From positions 5,628 through 69,627 of the forward strand of contig NZ_JBALTF010000003.1 of the NCBI RefSeq assembly GCF_036964675.1: a DNA stretch of 64,000 nucleotides, written 5' to 3'. This DNA is from Parasphingorhabdus sp. (GTDB taxonomy: Bacteria; Pseudomonadota; Alphaproteobacteria; Sphingomonadales; Sphingomonadaceae). Both the position numbers and the translations under genes were made by a program. Under the pieces are notes generated by a model. It saw only the letters and a program-made list of their open reading frames with translations. It was not told the DNA's origin and made no database searches. This document shows, piece by piece, positions 41,312 through 50,637 of the stretch. Numbering within the stretch: the stretch's first letter is position 1; each line of letters opens with the position of its first letter.

Positions 41312-42505
41312 ATGTCCGATCTTGAAACCTTCCGCGCGGAAACGGCGGCCTGGCTCGAAGCCAATTGTCCACCAGAGATGCGCGAACCGATGGTTGACGA
41401 AAGCGATGCCGTTTGGGGCGGGCGCAATCCGACATATAAGCCCGGACAAAAAGAGTGGCTGGACATCATGGCGGCGAAAGGCTGGACGGTCCCCGACTGG
41501 CCGAAAGAATATGGCGGTGGCGGATTGTCCCGGGCCGAAGCAAAAATTCTCGGCCAGGAAATGGCGCGGCTCAGATGCCGGTCACCCTTGTCGAGCTTTG
41601 GCATCTGGATGCTTGGCCCCGCGCTGCTGCATTTCGGTACCGAAGCGCAGAAGAAGCATTTCCTGCCGCCGATCGCACGCGGCGAAATTCGCTGGTGTCA
41701 GGGCTATTCCGAGCCCGGTTCGGGATCCGATCTGGCCTCGCTGCAAACCAGTGCCGTCGATCAAGGCGATCATTTCCTGGTCAACGGCCAGAAAATCTGG
41801 ACCAGCTACGCTGACAAGGCCGACTGGATTTTCTGCCTGACGCGGACCGACAAGAATGAAAAGCACAAGGGCATTTCGTTCATGCTGTTCGACATGGCCA
41901 GCGAAGGCGTGACGACCAAGCCGATCGTGCTGATTTCCGGTCAGTCGGCATTTTGCGAGACATTTTTCGATGATGTCAAAGTGCCCAAGGAATATGGTGA
42001 GGGCGTTTCCTCGGTCATCTATGAAGTGAACAAGGGCTGGGATGTTGCCAAATATCTGCTGGGCCACGAACGCAGCATGATTTCCGGCGGTGGTTCGGAA
42101 GGTGCGACGTCGCTTGGCGCCAAATTTGCCGATCAATATGGCCGCGATGCAATGGGCCGTCTCGACGATCCGATGCTGCGCGCGCAAATGGCCGAAATGG
42201 ACATTGATGTGCTGGCATTCCGCGCCATGGCTGAGCGTTTTGGCGACACGTTCAAGGCTGGTCTTTGCCATCCGGCCCAGCCCAATATGATGAAATATGC
42301 CGGCACCGAGATTAACAAGCGTCGCCACGAGCTGATCATGGCGGCCGGTGGCAGCGAAGTGCTGGAGTGGGAAAGCGATGCGACCAACGGCGGGCTCACC
42401 GCACGCAGCTGGCTGCGCACGAAGGCGAATAGTATTGAAGGCGGCACCAGCGAAGTCATGCTGAACGTCGTGTCCAAACAGATTTTGCGATTGCCCGGCG
42501 CCTAG
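41312..42505 (+). CDS. Acyl-CoA dehydrogenase (PimC/ChsE-like catalytic subunit)
   Basis: WCQGYSEPGSGSDLASL, NGQKIWT, SIEGGTSE. Confidence 0.93.
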   Translation: MSDLETFRAETAAWLEANCPPEMREPMVDESDAVWGGRNPTYKPGQKEWLDIMAAKGWTVPDWPKEYGGGGLSRAEAKILGQEMARLRCRSPLSSFGIWMLGPALLHFGTEAQKKHFLPPIARGEIRWCQGYSEPGSGSDLASLQTSAVDQGDHFLVNGQKIWTSYADKADWIFCLTRTDKNEKHKGISFMLFDMASEGVTTKPIVLISGQSAFCETFFDDVKVPKEYGEGVSSVIYEVNKGWDVAKYLLGHERSMISGGGSEGATSLGAKFADQYGRDAMGRLDDPMLRAQMAEMDIDVLAFRAMAERFGDTFKAGLCHPAQPNMMKYAGTEINKRRHELIMAAGGSEVLEWESDATNGGLTARSWLRTKANSIEGGTSEVMLNVVSKQILRLPGA

Positions 42506-42588
42506 CGGAGCCACTTCCGAACAGCTGTTCCGACAGAATGGCTTGGTGAGCGCGCTCGCAGCGCACAATATGAGATAAGGACTAGAAC

Positions 42589-43725
42589 ATGCCGCTTTAT
42601 TTGAACGACGATCAGCAGATGCTTCACGATAGTGCCGCTGAGTTTATGAAAGGCGAGGCCCCGGTTTCGCATCTTCGCGAATTTCGCGACAAGCAATGCA
42701 AGGACGGTTTCTCCCACGCGCTGTGGAAGCAGTTCGCGGAAATGGGCTTTACCGGGATATTGATTGGCGAAGAAGAAGGCGGCCTCGGCCTGGGCTATGT
42801 CGAAGCCGGCGTGGTACTCGAAGAAATCGGCCGCAACCTGACGCCTTCGCCCTTTCTGACCACGGCGGTCGCTGGCGTGGAAGCGCTCAATGCGGGCGGC
42901 AAGGCTTTGCGCGACAAATATTTCCCCGGCATTATCGCAGGCGGCACGGTGCTGGCGCTGGCGGTTGACGAGGGCGCGAAACACCGTCCGGATCAGATCA
43001 ATATGGCCGCTACCCGCGAAGGCAATGGCTTCAAGCTTGATGGCAAGAAGCAATTTGTCGTGCAGGGCGGCTCGGCTGACATGCTGATCGTTGCCGCGCG
43101 CACAAGTGGCGCAGCAGGCGATGCCAAGGGCCTGACTCTGTTTGCGGTTGATGCCAAGGCCAACGGCCTTTCCAGCAACAGTGCCCGGCTGGTCGACAGC
43201 GCGATGGCAGCGCATCTCCAGTTTGATGGCGTGATCGTCGATGCCGACGCGGTGATCGGCGAGGTCGACGATGGCGACACGGTGCTTCGGCGCATGTTGA
43301 ACGCGGGCCGTTCTGGCGCTGCTGCCGAAACGCTGGGCGTGGGCGCTGGTGCGATGGATATCACCGTCGACTATATCAAGGGCCGCAGCCAGTTCGGCAC
43401 TTTGATCGGTTCGTTCCAGGCGCTGCAGCATCGCATTTCCCATCTCTACAGCGAGATGGAAATCGCGCGGGCAACCGTTTTGAAAGCGCAGCAAATGCTG
43501 GATGAAGGCTCGTCCAAGGCCGAGCTGATGGTGTCGGTCGCCAAGGCCAAATCGGGCAAGGCAACCGCGCTGTCGGTCAAGGAAGGCGTCCAGATGCACG
43601 GCGGCGTTGGCATGACCGACGAATATGATATCGGCCTCTATATGAAGCGCGACCGCGCGTTGCAGGAATTCATGGGCGATGTGAATTATCACACCAATCT
43701 CGTTGCCGAAATGCACGGCTATTAA
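42589..43725 (+). CDS. Acyl-CoA dehydrogenase-like (PimD-like partner subunit)
   Basis: ACAD fold with degenerate LALAVDEG; RSQFG..IGSFQALQH, QMHGGVG. Confidence 0.9.
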   Translation: MPLYLNDDQQMLHDSAAEFMKGEAPVSHLREFRDKQCKDGFSHALWKQFAEMGFTGILIGEEEGGLGLGYVEAGVVLEEIGRNLTPSPFLTTAVAGVEALNAGGKALRDKYFPGIIAGGTVLALAVDEGAKHRPDQINMAATREGNGFKLDGKKQFVVQGGSADMLIVAARTSGAAGDAKGLTLFAVDAKANGLSSNSARLVDSAMAAHLQFDGVIVDADAVIGEVDDGDTVLRRMLNAGRSGAAAETLGVGAGAMDITVDYIKGRSQFGTLIGSFQALQHRISHLYSEMEIARATVLKAQQMLDEGSSKAELMVSVAKAKSGKATALSVKEGVQMHGGVGMTDEYDIGLYMKRDRALQEFMGDVNYHTNLVAEMHGY

Positions 43726-43737
43726 AGGAACACACTG

Positions 43738-44529
43738 ATGGATTTTAACAAGCTTTTCTCGCTCGAGGGCCGTGTCGCTTTGGTAACCGGCGGTCAACGC
43801 GGGATCGGTGCGATGATCACCGAAGGATTTTTGGCCCAGGGTGCGAAAGTCTATATCTCTGGCCGCAAGGCGGATCAGGGCGAAGCCGCCGCCGCCGAAT
43901 TTGGTGAGAATTGCACCTATATTCAGGGCGATATTTCGACCTATGAAGGCTGCCAGGCATTGGCCGCAGAAATCGCTTCCCGCGAAGAGAAGCTCGACAT
44001 TCTTGTCAACAACGCCGGCGTGGCATGGGGGGAGGAATATCTCTCGTTCCCGGAAGCCGGCTGGGACAAGGTGATGGATACCAATGTCAAAGGCCTGTTC
44101 TTCCTGACCCAGGCCCTGCATCCGCAATTGAAAGCGGCTGCCAGCTTTGAGCGGCCGGCCAAGGTCATCAACATTGCCTCGGTCGACGGATTGCAGATCA
44201 ATCCATGGGAAACCTACAGCTATCAGGCTTCCAAGGCGGCGGTCATTCATCTGACCCGCAAAATGGCTTCCAAACTGGTCCAGGAAGATATCATCATGAC
44301 CGGAATCGCCCCCGGTGCCTTTGCCTCGACGATGAACAAAGCCGCGCGCGATCATGAAGGTGCCGTCGAAAAGGGCATCCCGGCGAAACGCATTGGACGG
44401 CCCGAAGACATGGCCTCAGCGGCGGTATTTCTTGCAAGCTCGGCTGGTGACTATGTCGTTGGTTCGACGATTCCTGTCGATGGCGGCATCGTCAATGCGG
44501 GCAATCCCGGAACGACCCCAGCGATCTGA
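43738..44529 (+). CDS. Short-chain dehydrogenase/reductase
   Basis: TGGQRGIG, NNAG, YQASK. Confidence 0.95.
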   Translation: MDFNKLFSLEGRVALVTGGQRGIGAMITEGFLAQGAKVYISGRKADQGEAAAAEFGENCTYIQGDISTYEGCQALAAEIASREEKLDILVNNAGVAWGEEYLSFPEAGWDKVMDTNVKGLFFLTQALHPQLKAAASFERPAKVINIASVDGLQINPWETYSYQASKAAVIHLTRKMASKLVQEDIIMTGIAPGAFASTMNKAARDHEGAVEKGIPAKRIGRPEDMASAAVFLASSAGDYVVGSTIPVDGGIVNAGNPGTTPAI

Positions 44530-44599
44530 TTGGCCTTACAGCTTGACGGAGTAATCTCCAGACTGTATTAATATAGCAATACAGTCTGGAGATTTTCGC

Positions 44600-45130
44600 A
44601 TGGCCCCAAAATATCTGATTTTACTGGCGGCGCTGCCGCTTGCCCTGTCCGCTTGCAGCAAGGTGAAAGATGACTCCGCCGATGGTTCGGGGCTGTCGAT
44701 CGACTTTAGCGATGACAGCAAGCCCGACGCCGAAAAAATCAAAATTGGCGGCGGCGAGGAGGACAGCAAATTCTCGATCAAGGCTGATGGTTTCTCGATG
44801 GAAGTCGATTTGCCGTCGATCACGCTCGACAGCGATGATTTCGATATGAACAATGTCGATCTTTATCCGGGCAGTCAGATAACCAGCTTTGATATTGAAG
44901 ATGCGAAAGGCGAGGGTGGCAAGGTTCAAATCAGTTTCAAGGCACCGGCAAGTGCTGACAAGCTGGCGGACTGGTATGCGGGGCAATTGTCCGGCAAGGA
45001 TTTCGAAGTCGCACGGGACGGCACCAACCTGTCCGGAAAAACCGATGAAGGCGATCCCTTCTCGCTGGCGTTGACGGAAATATCAGCCAAGCAATCAAAA
45101 GGTGTGCTGGAGTTTTCCGAAAGCAAATAG
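44600..45130 (+). CDS. Hypothetical acidic lipoprotein
   Basis: GGAG RBS; MAPKYLILLAALPLALSAC lipobox. Confidence 0.85.
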   Translation: MAPKYLILLAALPLALSACSKVKDDSADGSGLSIDFSDDSKPDAEKIKIGGGEEDSKFSIKADGFSMEVDLPSITLDSDDFDMNNVDLYPGSQITSFDIEDAKGEGGKVQISFKAPASADKLADWYAGQLSGKDFEVARDGTNLSGKTDEGDPFSLALTEISAKQSKGVLEFSESK

Positions 45131-45194
45131 ACGCGGTGATCCAGCGCGGCTATTTGGTTAGCTGCCGTTCGTCCTCAGTCATCACACCACCTTG

Positions 45195-45270
45195 GTCATC
45201 CTGAACTTGTTTCAGGACCTCCATCGGCACTGCACAATCTCACGAGGTCCTGAAACAAGTTCAGGATGAC
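45195..45270. repeat. REP/MITE-like element with perfect 27-bp inverted arms
   Basis: GTCATCCTGAACTTGTTTCAGGACCTC (45195-45221) and its exact reverse complement (45244-45270). Confidence 0.9.
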
Positions 45271-45539
45271 GAGAGTTGGATGGTTCACTAATGCACTTAT
45301 CCCGATCCGTCGGTACTGAGCTTGTCGAACAGCTTGTCCAACAACGGTTTGATTTTCCCTTCTCCCTCACGAGAGAGGGTGATCCGCCCGTTATAGCTAG
45401 CGGTGCTCACCTGGGGATAATCGCCCAGCATCTTTGCGGCGATACCGGCTTCCCAGTTGCAAAACATGCAACATATTATTCTCCATTTTCAATTGAAACC
45501 TAATTCTCGTGCGACCATCTGGAGTTTGTAAGTTACGCA

Positions 45540-45564
45540 GGAAAAGAGATGTTTGATCGGCGTT
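45540..45564 (+). promoter_or_regulatory. ECF (EcfG/SigT-like) promoter candidate
   Basis: GGAAA-N16-CGTT versus GSR consensus GGAAC-N16/17-CGTT; just upstream of the sORF RBS. Confidence 0.4.
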
Positions 45565-45582
45565 GAAATAAGGAGAAAATCC

Positions 45583-45657
45583 ATGAGAACGCTTTTCAAT
45601 ATAGTCGCCGCCCTGTCCGTTAGCAGCATCATTCTGCTCACGACGGTTCAGGTCTAA
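45583..45657 (+). CDS. 24-aa hydrophobic small protein MRTLFNIVAALSVSSIILLTTVQV
   Basis: AAGGAG 7 nt before ATG; single hydrophobic helix; below ORF-track cutoff. Confidence 0.7.
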   Translation: MRTLFNIVAALSVSSIILLTTVQV

Positions 45658-45669
45658 GGCAAAAAGTTA

Positions 45670-45766
45670 CAATCCCGGCTGCCGCATCCTCCTCCCGATT
45701 GCGGCGCCGGGATTGGTCCAAAGGTCCGGTCCCTCCTCCATCCCCTCCCAAGAGCAGGGCCGGACC
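45670..45766 (+). ncRNA. Tandem hairpins with CCUCC anti-SD loops (cuckoo/alpha-r14/CcsR-like)
   Basis: Hairpin 45670-45715 with CCTCCTCCC (45688-96) in the loop; hairpin 45723-45766 with CCCTCCTCC and CCCCTCCC. Confidence 0.55.
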
Positions 45767-45812
45767 AGCGGACAAAATTCCATAATTCGCGATCAAATCC
45801 AAAATTTGGAAA

Positions 45813-45867
45813 TTATCCACCATATCAGCAGCAGTTTTCCACCGCTAAGTGGCCTGCCTGTGGATAA
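45813..45867. promoter_or_regulatory. Cluster of three DnaA-box matches
   Basis: TTATCCACC (45813-21), TTTTCCACC (45835-43), TGTGGATAA (45859-67; perfect TTATCCACA on minus strand). Confidence 0.6.
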
Positions 45868-45919
45868 CTTTCGTTTTTCAACTAGGAGCGACTCGGAATA
45901 CAGAGTCATATATAAGTCA

Positions 45920-46300
45920 TCGGAAGGGAAACGGACGAACCAGCGACCAGTCAGCAATGACCCGCAGGACAGCCCGGAACCCGGAAGATGATTGAGACGA
46001 CCGGTTTGTTTTTCGCAAGAAAAGGAAATTGATCTCTGGATCGATGATCGGAGAAAGTCCGAAAAGGGAAGGCGCAAGCCCGATCGGATCAGACGGACTA
46101 AGATCATCAGGTGACTGGACCAAGTGCGGGTTGGAAACCGAAGCGAGGAAGCGCAAGCGGACACGTGGAAAACCACTGACCATTAACGGATTTGGACCGG
46201 AAACCGGACGCCGAACAAGCGGCTACTGGAATCGCAAGAGGATAGTGGCCCCAACAGAGGCGCAGCGGGAGCTTATCTTCGGGTAAGCTCCCGTTTTTTT
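45920..46300 (+). ncRNA. Putative ~380-nt GGA-rich multi-hairpin non-coding RNA
   Basis: 24 GGA versus 1 TCC in 45922-46270; five GCAA-tetraloop hairpins; ends in an intrinsic terminator; no credible ORF. Confidence 0.65.
46265..46300 (+). terminator. Intrinsic terminator of GGA-rich segment
   Basis: GCGGGAGCTTATC-TTCG-GGTAAGCTCCCGT stem (cUUCGg loop) followed by a T run (46294-46300). Confidence 0.88.
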
Positions 46301-46834
46301 GTCCTGCTTGGCCGCTGCGATGAACCGGTCTCCGGATTTTATGATTCATCCTCCGCTTTTTCGATGACCAGTGATCGCCATCACAGTGCGCTCAAAAAGA
46401 CTCGGCTAACCAAGGGCTGCGGTATCGGTCAGATGAAGCATTCCACTCGATATGATCCCGGTGCCGCACCAAGCCCTTTTGGGTATTCAGGAGAAGTTCG
46501 ACGGCCATTGCGACCCGACCGTCGGACTTCTCTCGTTGCGTCCGATGGAGTCGCCAAAACCGGGCTTCGGCACCCCAGTCTGCGCCCTTTTGGATAAGCG
46601 GTTCCATCTGCATGGCTGGCGCTTTTGGTCGGGACGAAAATATTCCCGTCGCTGCCTTAAAAACTACTTGCTGTTCCTCTATTGCAATGTCGAAGTCGGC
46701 AAAACCGGTTGCGAATATCTCCCGGGGCCAGGTTGATCGACCGGTTCGATTACACTCAGGAATTTTACTGGTTTCGTCATCTATTCAAATGGCGGTAATA
46801 TCGACTTAACAATTTCGAAATTCAGTAGGAGAGA

Positions 46835-49054
<2,220 letters not shown>

Positions 49055-49070
49055 GTCAGGTCTGAAAAAT

Positions 49071-49117
49071 GAAAAGCCCGGTGGCCGCGTGAACCGCAGC
49101 TGCCGGGCTTTTCTTTT
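49071..49117 (+). terminator. Intrinsic terminator after katG
   Basis: GAAAAGCCCGGTGGC/GCTGCCGGGCTTTTC followed by TTTT. Confidence 0.8.
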
Positions 49118-49138
49118 GCGCGTACTTGGCAAGTCCTC

Positions 49139-49186
49139 GTCATCCTGAACTCGTTTACCTCCGGTGGCCTGACGGCTCAGGACCTC
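49139..49186. repeat. Single GTCATCCTGAAC-family arm with nested 20-bp insert
   Basis: GTCATCCTGAACTCGTTT-[ACCTCCGGTGGCCTGACGGC]-TCAGGACCTC. Confidence 0.75.
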
Positions 49187-49268
49187 GGGCGTCAGGCAAC
49201 TGACGCTGCTGATTGCCGCACTGGAAATTCAGCCACTAGGCTGCCGAAGATAATCCAATCCAAAAACG

Positions 49269-49322
49269 CGCACGAAGACACAAAGATGCGCGTCACGCTT
49301 AGTGCCTTTGTGTCTTCGTGCG
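49269..49322. repeat. 17-bp perfect inverted repeat (CACGAAGACACAAAG-type)
   Basis: CGCACGAAGACACAAAG / CTTTGTGTCTTCGTGCG. Confidence 0.85.
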
Positions 49323-49404
49323 AGAATCTTCAACCGCTCGGCGCTCTCACGGAAAAGGTGCTTGGCGGATATATCCCCAAACAATAACGGCCAGTCCGGC
49401 TCCC

Positions 49405-49472
49405 CCGTTCGTCCTGAGCCTGTCGAAGGACGGGTGCGCGCCAACATGCTTCGACAAGCTCAGCACGAACGG
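49405..49472. repeat. REP-like element, CCGTTCGTGCTGAGCTTGTCGAAG family
   Basis: 24-bp arms with 2 mismatches; degenerate copies at 45165-45178 and 45307-45330. Confidence 0.85.
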
Positions 49473-49806
49473 AGAATTTTAAATGAATTCCGGAGACAAT
49501 GCACTGAATGACCCCGTCGCAGCCCCCCCCCAAAGCCGCGCTGCAAAAGCGCTTTCCTACACTCCGCCCGATCGCTTATCCTCGTGACCGGTCCTGCGCC
49601 AGATTCGGGACAGGCTCTTTGACATTCTGGATATGATCGAAACGGCATCGCTCAGCTTCCAACAACCGGACCAGATTTTTCAGCCGGTCGAAAGGTCACA
49701 CTCGCCACCGGGCGGGTGACGAGAAAACGGCGAAAATTCAGAGCTTTGGGCCAAAGGTCACAGAAAATAAAAAGACGCGCTGCTGTAAAGTTCTCACGGG
49801 CAGTGC

Positions 49807-50637
49807 CTAGATCGCTGCCTGCGCGGTCATAATTTCCTTGCCGTCATTGCCCAGCACGGCGAGCGTGATTTTCTCGGCGTCCTGTTTCCCGACCAGATAT
49901 ATCGCGGCATTGGCAAAGGCAGGAGATTGTCCCCGGAAGGAAAAGCGGGAAAGTTTGTTTGCGCCCAGCTCGCTTGCCGCCAGATTGAGCAATAATGTCG
50001 CCATCAGCGGGCCTTGCACGACCAGGCCGGGATAGCCTTCGTCCTGCACCGCATAGGGCTTGTCATAATGGATGCGGTGACTGTTGAAGGTCAGCGCCGA
50101 GTAGCGGAACAGCAGCGGCTCGGACGGAATGATCTGCTGCTGCCAGTCCCACCCGCTCATGTCAGCAGGTTTGGCACTGGCGGGCTGAGCGGGGGCGGAA
50201 GGCCCAGCGGGCTGGCGATAGACGATATTCTGTCTTTCCCTTATCGCTACCTGCTGACCAACGCGCGTTTCATGATCGACGGCAACAAATACCAGATCGC
50301 CGGATTTCCCCGATTTCTCCTCAATCGAGGCGATGGTCGAGATGCGGGACACTTCATCACCCAATTGCAGCGAGTGATCAAAAGAGACGCTGCTCGACGC
50401 CCACATCCGGCGGGGCAGGGCGATCGGTGGCAGGAAGCCGCCTTTCGCGGGATGACCATCTTTCCCCAGTTCAGCCGCCGGAGCATCGGGTAGACAGAGA
50501 CACCAGTGCAGCCCCTGTGGAATGTCGTCAGTGACCGGGCGGTCGATGGTCGCGCAAAAGCGGTGCAGCAGGCCCGGCGTTATGAGGTCGCTACGGGTCT
50601 CGCTCTTGCCGATCCAGTCTGCCCAGCCGCTCATCAA
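49807..50637 (-). CDS. Double-hotdog acyl-CoA (de)hydratase (HTD2/MaoC-like)
   Basis: FLPPIALPRRMWAS, LFRYSALTFNSHRIHYD, GLVVQGPL. Confidence 0.9.
   Translation of the reverse strand: MMSGWADWIGKSETRSDLITPGLLHRFCATIDRPVTDDIPQGLHWCLCLPDAPAAELGKDGHPAKGGFLPPIALPRRMWASSSVSFDHSLQLGDEVSRISTIASIEEKSGKSGDLVFVAVDHETRVGQQVAIRERQNIVYRQPAGPSAPAQPASAKPADMSGWDWQQQIIPSEPLLFRYSALTFNSHRIHYDKPYAVQDEGYPGLVVQGPLMATLLLNLAASELGANKLSRFSFRGQSPAFANAAIYLVGKQDAEKITLAVLGNDGKEIMTAQAAI

Noticed and set aside
42502-44355. 617-aa minus-strand ORF
   Set aside because: Antisense to a clear ACAD and SDR; no motifs of its own.
45813-45867. DnaA boxes as the chromosomal origin
   Set aside because: Only three boxes, no extended AT-rich unwinding element, and none of the usual origin-linked genes nearby.
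45713-46286. 85-127 aa ORFs over the hairpin and GGA-rich regions (45713-45991+, 45793-46176-, 46029-46286+)
   Set aside because: Weak or non-ATG starts, no convincing RBS, composition dictated by the RNA motifs; hairpins and terminator fit a non-coding role better. Ribo-seq would settle it.
46392-46784. ~130-codon open minus frame (includes the 73-aa ORF 46392-46613) divergent from katG; considered as an oxyR remnant
   Set aside because: No LysR HTH or other recognisable motif, no upstream start or RBS, and no clean OxyR box found.
49614-49624. boxA-like motif as an rRNA operon leader
   Set aside because: No 16S or tRNA sequence follows; no rRNA or tRNA found anywhere in the window.
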